From: Acutalibacteraceae bacterium
Lineage (GTDB): Bacteria; Bacillota; Clostridia; Oscillospirales; Acutalibacteraceae
Direction: 5' to 3'
Assembly (NCBI GenBank): GCA_045544435.1
Contig: JAZPZA010000020.1
Coordinates: forward strand, 16,698 to 80,697
Length of the DNA: 64,000 nucleotides
Below, piece by piece: positions 8,104 through 17,509 of the stretch. The notes under the pieces are model-generated. The model ran no database searches, had not been told where the DNA came from, and saw nothing but the letters and a program-made list of their open reading frames with translations. Within the stretch, counting starts at the first letter, position 1, and every line of letters begins with the position of its first letter. Both the position numbers and the translations under genes were made by a program.

Positions 8104-9342
8104 TTAAATCTCTTGCGTTTGGTCGCTAAGCTCAGCTTCATCCAAATTGATTTTGGCCGAAAGCCTTTTTTCAATAAATTGCTTGAATACGACATACAGT
8201 ACAGAGCAAACGGGAACTGAGAAAAGCATACCTAAAATTCCAAAGAAGCCGCCGCCCACGGTAACAGCCACCAAAACCAGCATTCCAGGTATTCCTACCG
8301 ACTTGCCCACAACACGCGGATAAATGAGATTTCCCTCTAACTGCTGAAGAACAATTATAAAAACAATAAACCAAAAAGCCTTCATAGGACTTTCAAGCAG
8401 TATTAAAAATGCGCCGACAGCCGTTCCAAAGAAAGCGCCGAAAACAGGAATTAATGCGGTAAATCCCACAAGAACAGATATAACCGCAGCATAAGGCATT
8501 CTGAAAATAAGCATACCTATAAAGCAAAGTACCCCTATTATAACCGCCTCGGTAAGCTGACCTGTTACAAACCTTGTGAAAACATCATTTGTGAGTGTTG
8601 CAAGCTCCAGAGTTTTCTGCGCTCTACGCTCACTAAAAATTGCATTTACAGTATTTCGCGCAAAGCGGCCAAGCTTTTCCTTTTGCGCCAACACATAAAT
8701 AGAAAATGCAATGCCGAGCACTATATTAAAAATAACCGATACAATAGAAGCCGTTACATTAACGGTTGTGTTGAGCACATTGTTGCCATAGTTTTCCAAA
8801 AGCTCTTTGAAGAATACTCCGATTTTTTCGCTTTCGAGCGATACCGCAGGAAGCTCAAAATTATACTTACTGAGAAAATCAACAAGCCCGTTGTACCACG
8901 CTTCAACCGTCACAGCATACTGCGGTACGCGGTCAACAAAACCGACAATAGTGTTTTTAAGCTCAGGAATTATCATAAACACTATAGCGAATACAACGCC
9001 GAATACTAATAAGGAGCTAAGTGTCAAGCAAACGGGACGACGACACTTTTCCAAAAACTTCAATTTTGATTTACGCCAAATGAAGCTCCAAAGCCTTTCG
9101 GTGGGCCGCATCAAAAGATTTACAACATAGGCAATGCAAAGGCCAATTATAAATGGTGAAAAAACCGAAATAACCTTTGAAATCAGTCCAAATGCCTTTT
9201 GAGGGTCGGAAAAAAGCGAATAAACAATCGCTATAAACACAATTATTATAAAGGTATATTTTAAAAACCTTCTGTTAAACGGCAATACAAGCTGTAGCTT
9301 CTTTTCGTCTTGCTTTTTATCGTTCATTTTAATCCTTTTCAT
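8104..9342 (-). CDS. AI-2E family (PerM/YhhT-like) transporter
   Basis: 412-aa polytopic membrane protein with the family-typical C-terminal ...LQQLEGNLIYPRVVGKSVGIPG... Confidence 0.8.
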   Translation of the reverse strand: MKRIKMNDKKQDEKKLQLVLPFNRRFLKYTFIIIVFIAIVYSLFSDPQKAFGLISKVISVFSPFIIGLCIAYVVNLLMRPTERLWSFIWRKSKLKFLEKCRRPVCLTLSSLLVFGVVFAIVFMIIPELKNTIVGFVDRVPQYAVTVEAWYNGLVDFLSKYNFELPAVSLESEKIGVFFKELLENYGNNVLNTTVNVTASIVSVIFNIVLGIAFSIYVLAQKEKLGRFARNTVNAIFSERRAQKTLELATLTNDVFTRFVTGQLTEAVIIGVLCFIGMLIFRMPYAAVISVLVGFTALIPVFGAFFGTAVGAFLILLESPMKAFWFIVFIIVLQQLEGNLIYPRVVGKSVGIPGMLVLVAVTVGGGFFGILGMLFSVPVCSVLYVVFKQFIEKRLSAKINLDEAELSDQTQEI

Positions 9343-10591
9343 CTTCCTTTTCTTTTTCGAGTACTTCTACCTTAACCGAGGATACGCGGTGGGAATCAAT
9401 TTCGGTAACGGTGATAAGTAGGTTTTCAAACTCAAAGCTATCGCCCTCATCGGGGATATTGCCAATCTGCTCGGCTACCCAACCGCCAACCGATACGCTA
9501 TCCGATTCGGTTTCAATATCAAATTCCTCACAGAAATCATCTAAGTTCATATTACAGTCGATAACAAAGTTGTTTTCATCAAGCTCTTTAAACTCCTCAA
9601 CAACCTCATCGTGCTCATCCCATATTTCACCAACAAGCTCCTCGAGTATATCCTCCATAGTAACTATACCCAAGGTGCCGCCGTATTCATCAACAACAAC
9701 GGCTATATGAGATTTTTCCTTTTGCAGCTTTTTAAGCAGGTCATCTGCCATTTCAGACTGGTGCACAAACAAAACGGGTGATATTATATCCTTTATAGGC
9801 TCTGTTGTAACACCGTTGCCAACATAAAAGTCCTTTTGGTGGATTACACCTATAATATTATCAATGCTATCCTCATAAATCGGTATGCGCGAAAATCTTG
9901 TGCGGGTAAAGGTTTGGGCAATTTCCTTTTTAGCCGCATCAATGGGCAAAGCCTCAAGGTCAACGCGGTGGGTTAAAATATCCTCTGCCTTCAAATCGGA
10001 AAATTCAATAGCATTTCTAAGTAGGTCGCCCTCATCGGTATCAATGCCGCCCTCCTGCTCAGCCTCATCAACTATCATAAGAAGCTCCTCAGAGGACATT
10101 TTATCATCCTCTTCTATCTTGAATATTTTAGAAATAAGCTTCTTCCACATAGAAAAGATAAAGTTAAGCGGTAAAAGCAACCATATAAGCAAGCGAATAA
10201 GAGGTGCTGAGAACATTGCGAATTTTTCAGGGAAATCATTTGCTATACTTTTGGGGGTTATTTCGCCAAAAATAAGAACTGCCACAGTTACAACAAGCGT
10301 TGACAGCGCCGCGCCGTTTTCCGCTTTTATAACCTCAACAAAAAGCACCGTTCCCATAGAAGCCATAAGTATGTTCACAATATTATTGCCTATAAGTATT
10401 GTGGATATCAATCGGTCATAATTTTCAGCTAAGGATAACGCAAGCTGCGCTTTGCGGTTACCCTTTTCTGCAAAAGTTCTAAGTCTTGTTTTGTTAAGGG
10501 AAGAAAATGCGGTTTCGGTGGCGGAAAAATATGCCGACATTATAAGGCACACCACCATAACTATGATATATGTCAATATATCGCTTTCCAT
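9329..10591 (-). CDS. CNNM/HlyC-CorC family protein (DUF21 + CBS pair + CorC_HlyC)
   Basis: 420 aa. N-terminal TM domain (..SAYFSATETAFSSLNKTRL..), a CBS region and the C-terminal transporter-associated domain. Its stop overlaps the AI-2E start by 14 nt. Confidence 0.85.
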   Translation of the reverse strand: MESDILTYIIVMVVCLIMSAYFSATETAFSSLNKTRLRTFAEKGNRKAQLALSLAENYDRLISTILIGNNIVNILMASMGTVLFVEVIKAENGAALSTLVVTVAVLIFGEITPKSIANDFPEKFAMFSAPLIRLLIWLLLPLNFIFSMWKKLISKIFKIEEDDKMSSEELLMIVDEAEQEGGIDTDEGDLLRNAIEFSDLKAEDILTHRVDLEALPIDAAKKEIAQTFTRTRFSRIPIYEDSIDNIIGVIHQKDFYVGNGVTTEPIKDIISPVLFVHQSEMADDLLKKLQKEKSHIAVVVDEYGGTLGIVTMEDILEELVGEIWDEHDEVVEEFKELDENNFVIDCNMNLDDFCEEFDIETESDSVSVGGWVAEQIGNIPDEGDSFEFENLLITVTEIDSHRVSSVKVEVLEKEKEDEKD

Positions 10592-10640
10592 GATTTTTCA
10601 AAAAACTCCTTGTTTTATAATTTTTTTAATTTTTAGACGC

Positions 10641-10760
10641 AAAAAGGCATACCCGTATTCTCAACAGAATGCAGGTATGCCACTATATATACAAGCTAAA
10701 TTATTGCAACAGTTCCCGTCGCCTGTGTCACTGTCCATAAAGGCAGTAATCCTCCTCAAA
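10641..10760 (-). promoter_or_regulatory. Leader with 25-codon Cys-rich uORF ending inside an intrinsic terminator (putative attenuator)
   Basis: On the minus strand: GAGGAGG, then 12 nt, then ATG at 10738, encoding MDSDTGDGNCCNNLACIYSGIPAFC. The TGA at 10661-10663 lies in the loop of hairpin ggcatacc..ggtatgcc (10646-10681), which is followed by TTTTT. This is about 50 nt upstream of the CNNM start. Confidence 0.4.
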
Positions 10761-10813
10761 AATCAGAATTTACTAAATTATAACAAATAAGAGCATAATA
10801 GTCAAGTAGATTA

Positions 10814-10842
10814 TTGACAAACTGGGCAATTGGTGATATAAT
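10814..10842 (+). promoter_or_regulatory. Sigma-A-type promoter for the asnS leader
   Basis: TTGACA at 10814-10819, a 17-nt spacer with TG extension, and TATAAT at 10837-10842. Confidence 0.7.
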
Positions 10843-10848
10843 TTCACC

Positions 10849-11124
10849 ATAGTTTAAAAAGCGATGATGAAGAAAAGTAGCCTTATAAACGGTGTTAAGT
10901 GAGTGGCAGATAGTGCAAATGCCGCCATACGCATAGGGTGAAGAACACTTCGTAGTTGCAATCTGAAAGGCTGAAAGCTTAGTAGGTGCGTCGTGTCCGG
11001 CGCGTTAAAGCCGGTAAAGGTTTTTTAAGACCTTGAGTGACCGAACTTTCGGTAAATTAGGTGGCACCGCGGATATGCGTCTATTCGTCCTAAGTATAAG
11101 GGACTAATAGGCGCTTTTTATTTT
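10849..11124 (+). promoter_or_regulatory. T-box riboswitch leader, Asn specifier (AAC)
   Basis: Stem I start agcgatgatgaagaaaagtag. Specifier-loop context gaAACa at 10944-10946. Conserved T-box aaattaggtggcaccgcgg at 11054-11072. Terminator at 11077-11115 plus a T run. Confidence 0.85.
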
Positions 11125-11150
11125 GCATAAATTGTTTTGGAGTGATATTA

Positions 11151-12527
11151 ATGAAGCACATCGACATTATTGACATTATGAATTCAGCCGAGCTTATTGG
11201 TACAGATGTTACCGTTTGCGGCTGGGTGCGTACCTCACGCGATTCTAAGAACATGGCTTTTTTAGAGCTTAACGACGGCACAACACTAAAGCATCTGCAG
11301 ATAGTTATAGATAAATCCGTTTTAAGCGAGATTTCAGAGTTTATGAAGCTTGGCACCTCACTTAAGGTTGTGGGCACTGTGGTAAAATCGGTAGTAGCGG
11401 CTGATTCGGTTGAAATCAATGCTAAAGAGATTTCGGTTTTAGGAGAATGCCCACCCGAATACCCCTTGCAGAAAAAGCGCCACACACTCGAATATTTAAG
11501 AACAATACCCGCGCTTCGCGTGCGCACCAACACCTTTAACGCTGTGCTTCGCGTGCGCTCGGTGGTATCTGCTTGCATTCACGAATTTTTCCAAGACAGA
11601 CATTACACCTATATACACACCCCGCTGATAACCGCCAGCGACTGCGAGGGCGCAGGTGAAATGTTTAAGGTTACCACTATCGGTTATAGTAACGAATATA
11701 AATCTGAGGAAGAATACGATGCCGCCGATTTCTTTGGCAGACGCGCCGCTCTTTCGGTTTCTGGCCAGCTTGAGGGCGAGGTTGCGGCTATGGCGCTTGG
11801 TAAGATTTACACCTTTGGCCCATCCTTCCGCGCCGAAAAGAGCAACACCCCACGCCATGTTGCAGAGTTCTGGCATGTGGAGCCTGAGGTAGCTTTTGCA
11901 GAGCTTCCCGATATAATTGAAATCGCTGAGGACCTTATTAAGCACATTATAAACACTGTGCTTAATAAATGCCCTGAGGAGCTTAAGTTCTTTAACGCGC
12001 ATTTCGAAAAGGGACTTATCGAAAAGCTCCAGAATGTTGTTAGCCGTGACTTTGCGGTTATGACCTATACCGAGGCTATTGAAGTTTTAAAGCAAAGCGG
12101 TAAGGAGTTCCAGTACCCCGTGGAATGGGGCTGTGACCTTATGACCGAGCACGAGCGTTATATCGCTGAAGAGGTATGTAAGCGCCCTGTATTCCTAACA
12201 GACTATCCAAAAGAGATTAAATCATTCTATATGAAGCAGAATGCTGACGGCAAGACCGTTGCCGCTACCGATTTGCTTGTTCCCACAGTTGGTGAAATCA
12301 TCGGCTGCAGCGAGCGTGAGGCAGACCTTGATAAGCTTCTTGAGGCTATGAACACAAGAGGAATGAGACTTGAGGACTATGAGGATTATATCTCGCTTCG
12401 CCGTTTCGGCTCGGTTCCCCACAGCGGCTTTGGCTTGGGACTTGAAAGAATTATTATGTATGTTACAGGTGTTCAGAATATTCGTGATGTTATTCTTTAC
12501 CCCAGAACAGTTGGCAATATTTCTTAA
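11151..12527 (+). CDS. asnS: Asparagine--tRNA ligase
   Basis: Start set to ATG 11151 (GGAG SD) rather than GTG 11142. Class II motifs are present: ..FRAEKSNTPRHVAEFWHVEPE.. and ..GFGLGLERIIMY.. Confidence 0.95.
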   Translation: MKHIDIIDIMNSAELIGTDVTVCGWVRTSRDSKNMAFLELNDGTTLKHLQIVIDKSVLSEISEFMKLGTSLKVVGTVVKSVVAADSVEINAKEISVLGECPPEYPLQKKRHTLEYLRTIPALRVRTNTFNAVLRVRSVVSACIHEFFQDRHYTYIHTPLITASDCEGAGEMFKVTTIGYSNEYKSEEEYDAADFFGRRAALSVSGQLEGEVAAMALGKIYTFGPSFRAEKSNTPRHVAEFWHVEPEVAFAELPDIIEIAEDLIKHIINTVLNKCPEELKFFNAHFEKGLIEKLQNVVSRDFAVMTYTEAIEVLKQSGKEFQYPVEWGCDLMTEHERYIAEEVCKRPVFLTDYPKEIKSFYMKQNADGKTVAATDLLVPTVGEIIGCSEREADLDKLLEAMNTRGMRLEDYEDYISLRRFGSVPHSGFGLGLERIIMYVTGVQNIRDVILYPRTVGNIS

Positions 12528-12541
12528 TTAGGTGTGATTTT

Positions 12542-13525
12542 ATGTATAAATCTAAACTTGATGTTTTACAAACACAAAGCATTATCCGCTCGCTAAGGCA
12601 TAAGTTTGAGGAGCATCTTTGCGATGCGCTCAATTTAAGCCGCGTTTCAGCACCTCTGTTTGTTAAGCAAAACAGCGGTCTTAACGATAACCTAAGCGGC
12701 GTTGAACGCCCCGTTACATTTGATATACTGCAGTCGGGTGAAGTGGTTGAGGTTGTGCATTCGCTTGCAAAATGGAAGCGAATGGCGCTCGGTAAATACG
12801 GCTTTAAGCTGCACACAGGTCTTTACACCGATATGAATGCTATCCGCCGCGATGAAAGGTGCGATAATATTCATTCGCTCTATGTTGACCAGTGGGACTG
12901 GGAAAAGGTGATTTCGACTGAGGACAGAACTGTTGACTTTTTAAAGGACACTGTTCGCCGCATATACGCTGCTATTCTTGCAACTGCCGATTTTGTTGAG
13001 CGTAAATATGCTTGCCTTGAAAATTATCTGCCACGCAATATTAAATTTATAACAAGTGAGGAGCTTTTGCAAAAATATCCTCACCTTTCCTCAAAGGATA
13101 GAGAAAATGCGATTGCTAAAGAATACGGCGCGGTATTTTTAATGCAGATAGGCTCACGCCTTTCAAACGGCGAAAAGCACGATGGCAGGGCCCCCGATTA
13201 TGACGATTGGGCGCTCAACGGCGACCTGCTTATTTACAACAAGGTTTTAGACTCAGCGCTTGAAATTTCCTCAATGGGAATTCGCGTGGATAAGCAAAGT
13301 CTTTTAAGCCAGCTTGAAAGCGAAAACGCGCTCGACCGCTTGGAGCTTCCATTCCACAAGGCGCTTATGAACGATGAATTGCCGCTTACTATAGGCGGCG
13401 GTATCGGTCAGTCGAGACTTTGTATGCTACTGCTTCAAAAGGCGCATATCGGTGAAGTTCACGCCTCCGTATGGCCCGATGAGGAGATAAAGAGATGCAA
13501 AGAAATGGGAATCGAACTTTTATAA
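12542..13525 (+). CDS. asnA: Aspartate--ammonia ligase (AsnA)
   Basis: 327 aa. Begins ...TQSIIRSLRHKFEEHL...LSRVSAPLFV... and ends ...GGGIGQSRLCMLLLQKAHIGEV. Starts 15 nt after asnS with an AGGTG SD. Confidence 0.9.
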   Translation: MYKSKLDVLQTQSIIRSLRHKFEEHLCDALNLSRVSAPLFVKQNSGLNDNLSGVERPVTFDILQSGEVVEVVHSLAKWKRMALGKYGFKLHTGLYTDMNAIRRDERCDNIHSLYVDQWDWEKVISTEDRTVDFLKDTVRRIYAAILATADFVERKYACLENYLPRNIKFITSEELLQKYPHLSSKDRENAIAKEYGAVFLMQIGSRLSNGEKHDGRAPDYDDWALNGDLLIYNKVLDSALEISSMGIRVDKQSLLSQLESENALDRLELPFHKALMNDELPLTIGGGIGQSRLCMLLLQKAHIGEVHASVWPDEEIKRCKEMGIELL

Positions 13526-13545
13526 TGCTAAATTAATAAAACGAT

Positions 13546-13580
13546 AAAGACTCTGCTTTAATTACAAAGCAGAGTCTTTT
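13546..13580. terminator. Bidirectional terminator between asnA and the convergent ATPase gene
   Basis: aaagactctgcttt/aaagcagagtcttt hairpin flanked by A and T runs. Confidence 0.75.
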
Positions 13581-13584
13581 GATT

Positions 13585-14667
13585 TTAATTATTCTTTAAT
13601 ATATCTTCAGCGATTTTGGGGGCTAAGCGGGCGATGGCATCAAAGTCCATAGCATCTACATAGTATTTTTCAAGCTTATCGTGTACCGCCTTGGCTTTTT
13701 TGAGTGTTGCCGCGGCGCTAAGCAACAGCTCACGCGCGATGCGGCGGTTAAAAAGCATTCTGCCGCGATACTCGCGCATAATAGCCACATCAGCAAAGCG
13801 GCGAGCATGGATTCGGCGCTCACTGCCGCCAAAATTAATATATTCGTTTTCAGTGACAAACGCGAGGGATAGCTCAGGAATTAATATGTGGTCGATAAGC
13901 TGAGAGGGTAAAAACGGATTTCTGAGTGTTATTATCTCATAGCCCTTTTTAAGCGCCTCTTCCCTCACCTTTTCCATAATACAACTTGAAGCCGCGCCGA
14001 ATTTATCCTCGATTATAATCTTGTTTTTATAAAAATCATTTACGGTGTTTTTATAGCCAACCACCCCTTTAGGTGTGATACCGCCTATAAACCGAACCCA
14101 TTCGCGCGACTGCTTTTGCGAGCTTTGTGGGATAAGCTTTCGAGCAAGCCTTACGCCGAATGCGTAAGCCCTTGCTTGGTCTGTATATCTGCGGGCAAGC
14201 CTTAAATTATCATATAAAAGCTGACCTGCCGCGGCAAGATAGTTTTTTGTCGTTTTGTGGAGTGCTTTGTTTTCATCGGTAACGCATATTATTTCCTGCG
14301 CTTTCATAAAAAGCTTTTCTCGGTTCCAAAACTCACCGAGATTAAGTATTTCCTCGCAGGCGGCGGGGTATTTAGGCTCTACTATATGAGGTGCGGTGCC
14401 ATCAAGAATTACGGTTTTTATATCCCAGATTACCACCCCATCAAGAGAATCGGGGTCGGATGAGCAAACACAAAGGTCCACTCTATATCCTTTTTCGGCA
14501 GCACGAGCCACCATATATTTCATAAACGAGGATTTTCCTGTTCCGGGTCCCCCTTTTATGATAATGGCGCGCCAGCCCTCGCGCGGCACAAAGCTATCAC
14601 CAAAATGGGACACAAAGCCTTCACAGGAATTTGCGGCTAAAAAGTATTTCGGATACTGTTTTTCCAT
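13585..14667 (-). CDS. Uncharacterised P-loop NTPase
   Basis: 360 aa with Walker A GGPGTGKSSFMK and a conserved N-terminus YFLAANSCEGFVSHF. It resembles a conserved Firmicutes hypothetical ATPase family. Function unknown. Confidence 0.7.
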   Translation of the reverse strand: MEKQYPKYFLAANSCEGFVSHFGDSFVPREGWRAIIIKGGPGTGKSSFMKYMVARAAEKGYRVDLCVCSSDPDSLDGVVIWDIKTVILDGTAPHIVEPKYPAACEEILNLGEFWNREKLFMKAQEIICVTDENKALHKTTKNYLAAAGQLLYDNLRLARRYTDQARAYAFGVRLARKLIPQSSQKQSREWVRFIGGITPKGVVGYKNTVNDFYKNKIIIEDKFGAASSCIMEKVREEALKKGYEIITLRNPFLPSQLIDHILIPELSLAFVTENEYINFGGSERRIHARRFADVAIMREYRGRMLFNRRIARELLLSAAATLKKAKAVHDKLEKYYVDAMDFDAIARLAPKIAEDILKNN

Positions 14668-14725
14668 ATATAAGCCTCCGATTTTAATTTATTTTTCATA
14701 TTATACTATTCTAAAGACAGAGGCT

Positions 14726-14754
14726 TTGACACAGGCATAAATTTGTGGTATTAT
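14726..14754 (+). promoter_or_regulatory. Promoter for rnpB
   Basis: TTGACA at 14726-14731, a 17-nt spacer with TG extension, and TATTAT at 14749-14754. The predicted start coincides with the P1 5' strand. Confidence 0.6.
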
Positions 14755-14760
14755 ATTTTT

Positions 14761-15108
14761 GTGAGTTGGTTTCACGGTTGCGTATACTTTGTATATGAGG
14801 AAAGTCCGAGCCCCACAGGGCAGAATAGCAGCTAACGGCTGCCGAGGGTGACCTTAGGGAAAGTGCAACAGAGATATACCGCCGCTAAGGCTGTAAAGTC
14901 TTAGTTGGTAAGGGTGGAAAGGCGAGGTAAGAGCTCACCGGCTTTTTTGGAGACATTAAAGCCCTGTAAACCCTATTCGGAGCAACGCTGAGTGTGGCTA
15001 TACATTTGCCCGATGTGCCACGAAAAGCGGCTGGAGCGCGCAGGCGACTGCGCGTCGAGATAGATAACCGTGCAAGACAGAACTCGGCTTACAGACCAAC
15101 TCACGCTA
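14761..15108 (+). ncRNA. rnpB: RNase P RNA, bacterial type A
   Basis: P1 pairing of gtgagttggt (14761-14770) with accaactcac (15096-15105). CR-I gaggaaagtccgagc. ggtaagggtggaaaggcgaggtaagagctcaccgg. CR-V acagaactcggcttacag. Confidence 0.9.
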
Positions 15109-15140
15109 TTTCAAGGCAATCAGCCCAAAGGAGCAATATT

Positions 15141-17183
15141 ATGAAAAAGATAAATGATAACAAGTTCCGTCCCTTTGAAATTGTACATGATTTTAAATTT
15201 ATTCCTTGCAGTCTGCCGCAAGACACTAAGCTGCCTACACCAAAAGAGCGTATTTTGAAGCTTAAGGAGCTCGGCTACGGCGGATTGGCTTTGAATCCAT
15301 CCTTTAGTGATTATTTATCCGAAGAAAGCATAAAAGAAGCCGCCCAGCTTATAAAGTTCGCAAATGAGCAGGGCCTTTCTGTGTGGATATATGACGAAAA
15401 ATACTACCCCAGCGGAAGTGCGGGCGGCACCGTTGTGCATAAATACCCCGAACACCAGGCTAAATCATTGGCAGTTGAAACCACCGATGCTGCCGCAGGC
15501 GAGCTTGCTTGCATCAATAGCCCCCACGGATATAGTAACGCCCTTGCGGCATTTGTTTGCGAGCTTGATGAGTCGGGCGAGCCGAAATTTGACACACTCC
15601 GCGATATTTCTGATAGCCGCAGCTTTAACGGCGGCATTCTTTACAACAATAAAGCCGACAGCTGTGTGCGCATTTTCGCATTTTTCGGCAAGGCGGCGTT
15701 TGAATTCTGCACAACCTCTTACAACACAAGAGGTGTTCGCAGATATATTGACACTCTAAGCCGCGATGCCGTTACAGCGTTTTTAGATACCACCTATGGC
15801 GGCTATAAGAAATATTTAGATAATATTGATGAGCTTGTTGAGGGCGCTTTCACCGACGAAGCGCAGATTCCTGCCCTTTGCAGAGATACATATTGCGAGG
15901 ATTTTTGCCAATTGGTATATTCAAGGCAGAATGATGTTTTCAAGGTGATTGATATTCCCGATTCAAAGGTTGCTTTCACGCCTTATATTCCTTGGAGTGA
16001 TAAGATTGAGGCTAAGTTTGCTTCGCAGCACGGTTACGAGCTTATGAGCGCACTTCCCCGCCTGTTCTTTGATATGGGCGATGAAGGTCGCCGCATCAGA
16101 GCAAACTTCTGGGAAACAGCATCGGATATGTTTTATCACAGCTACAGTGAAAACTATCGCGAGTATTGTGACGAGCATAAAATTCTTTACGGCGGTCATT
16201 TCTTGCATGAAGAAGATTTCTGGATGCATCCTTATACACACGGTGACCTTCTTAAACAGTTAGGTATAATGCATTACCCCGGCTGCGATTTGCTGTTCGC
16301 TTCACCTGAGCAGATACTAAATTACTCTACCGCTCCTAAATTTGCGGCTTCTGCAACGGCTCTTTATGACCGTGACGAATGTATGGCAGAGGTTTCTAAC
16401 ATTATGCGCGACATTCCTGTTATGTCCGCTGCTACCTATAAAACCGCAACCGCTCTTGAATGGGCGCTTGGTATTACAAGATTCTTCTCATATTACACCG
16501 AGTTCTGTATGAGTGAAGATGAGATGAAGGAGTCTTGCGAATTTTGTGCAAATATAGGCAAGGCGCTTGATGACACAAAACCCGTTAGAAACTGTTATGT
16601 ATATATTCCAAACAACACCTTCAGAGCGCAGACTTATGCTACATGGAGTGTTGATAAGCGCAAGGATTTCTCCGATGATATAAAGGAAACCGAAGCCTTT
16701 ATGAAGGGTGTGGCGCAGGAGATAATGCGCTCTGGAGCAGATTTTAATTTTATCAACGATGACATTCTTGAAAAAATAGCATCCGGTAATGCGCCCGAAT
16801 GCTTTAACTCTGATGAAGCTGTGCTTATTCTGCCGCCTCACACCGCGCTTTGCGATGATTTTACAAAGAGCTTTAGCAAGGTGATTTCGGCAAGCGGTCT
16901 TGACGGACTGGGCGACTTGCTTCGCGAATGCGGTGTTAACAATATTGCTTCACCCGAAAGCCGCAACATTATTGCACTTCACAAGAGCAATAATGAAAGG
17001 GATGCTTATCTTATCGTAAACATCGACCAAAATGACATTGATAACATAACCGTTAACTACCAAGGCGATATTAGCGGTAAGTCAATAACCGTTTACAACC
17101 CGCACACCAACACCACTGCCAAGAGCGATACTCTTAGTGTAGGTATCCCCTCTATGGAGTGCCGCATTATCTTTATAGATTAA
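15141..17183 (+). CDS. Hypothetical 680-aa cytoplasmic protein, possibly glycoside-hydrolase-like
   Basis: Start trimmed to ATG 15141 (AGGAG SD), because the upstream 147 nt of the ORF is rnpB. No signal peptide. The N-terminal ..ELGYGGLALNPSF..GLSVWIYDEKYYPSG.. only faintly resembles TIM-barrel hydrolases. Confidence 0.6.
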   Translation: MKKINDNKFRPFEIVHDFKFIPCSLPQDTKLPTPKERILKLKELGYGGLALNPSFSDYLSEESIKEAAQLIKFANEQGLSVWIYDEKYYPSGSAGGTVVHKYPEHQAKSLAVETTDAAAGELACINSPHGYSNALAAFVCELDESGEPKFDTLRDISDSRSFNGGILYNNKADSCVRIFAFFGKAAFEFCTTSYNTRGVRRYIDTLSRDAVTAFLDTTYGGYKKYLDNIDELVEGAFTDEAQIPALCRDTYCEDFCQLVYSRQNDVFKVIDIPDSKVAFTPYIPWSDKIEAKFASQHGYELMSALPRLFFDMGDEGRRIRANFWETASDMFYHSYSENYREYCDEHKILYGGHFLHEEDFWMHPYTHGDLLKQLGIMHYPGCDLLFASPEQILNYSTAPKFAASATALYDRDECMAEVSNIMRDIPVMSAATYKTATALEWALGITRFFSYYTEFCMSEDEMKESCEFCANIGKALDDTKPVRNCYVYIPNNTFRAQTYATWSVDKRKDFSDDIKETEAFMKGVAQEIMRSGADFNFINDDILEKIASGNAPECFNSDEAVLILPPHTALCDDFTKSFSKVISASGLDGLGDLLRECGVNNIASPESRNIIALHKSNNERDAYLIVNIDQNDIDNITVNYQGDISGKSITVYNPHTNTTAKSDTLSVGIPSMECRIIFID

Positions 17184-17188
17184 GTTTT

Positions 17189-17395
17189 TTAATCCCTATC
17201 AACGATTTTTCTTTTATCGGCACTTGGCAGACCTTGTGCGATTTTTGGGAAATCGTTATCGCTGTCGCATGTCGGTTGGATTTCATAGGTGCCATATTTG
17301 TTTATCATTTCCATTGAGTCGAGTGGTTGCCCCGAAACACAATTTGCCGCCACCTCAAAGGTGTCCTTAGCTTTTTTATAATTTCTCTTTTTCAT
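17189..17395 (-). CDS. Small hypothetical protein (68 aa)
   Basis: Only a reasonable-length ORF in an otherwise empty gap. No motif recognised. Confidence 0.4.
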   Translation of the reverse strand: MKKRNYKKAKDTFEVAANCVSGQPLDSMEMINKYGTYEIQPTCDSDNDFPKIAQGLPSADKRKIVDRD

Positions 17396-17441
17396 TTTAT
17401 CACCTTTAATATTTTCGGCACAAAAAACCGTTATATACCCT

Positions 17442-17470
17442 TTGACAGTTATTACTATTTATGATATACT
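17442..17470 (+). promoter_or_regulatory. Promoter for serS
   Basis: TTGACA at 17442-17447, a 17-nt spacer with TG extension, and TATACT at 17465-17470. The leader is only about 35 nt, so there is no room for a T-box. Confidence 0.6.
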
Positions 17471-17509
17471 TTTACATTATACTTAACCGTTTAAACGGAG
17501 GAACAAAAA

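Noticed and set aside
9885-10421. 178-aa plus-strand ORF, and similar long antisense ORFs (11090-11578, 11496-12002, 22798-23235, 44829-45383, 46679-47056, 62462-62896)
   Set aside because: They lie entirely antisense within well-supported conserved genes. Their composition is Ser/Arg/Ile-rich and shadow-like, and none has an SD.
10592-10800. Known metal riboswitch (M-box, yybP-ykoY) in the CNNM leader
   Set aside because: I could not find the conserved cores of either class by eye, so the region is reported as a uORF/terminator leader instead. A covariance-model scan is still needed.
14994-15140. N-terminal 49 codons of the 729-aa ORF-track entry
   Set aside because: This stretch is the 3' half of RNase P RNA. 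It is Arg-rich and low-complexity, and a good SD plus ATG lies at 15141.
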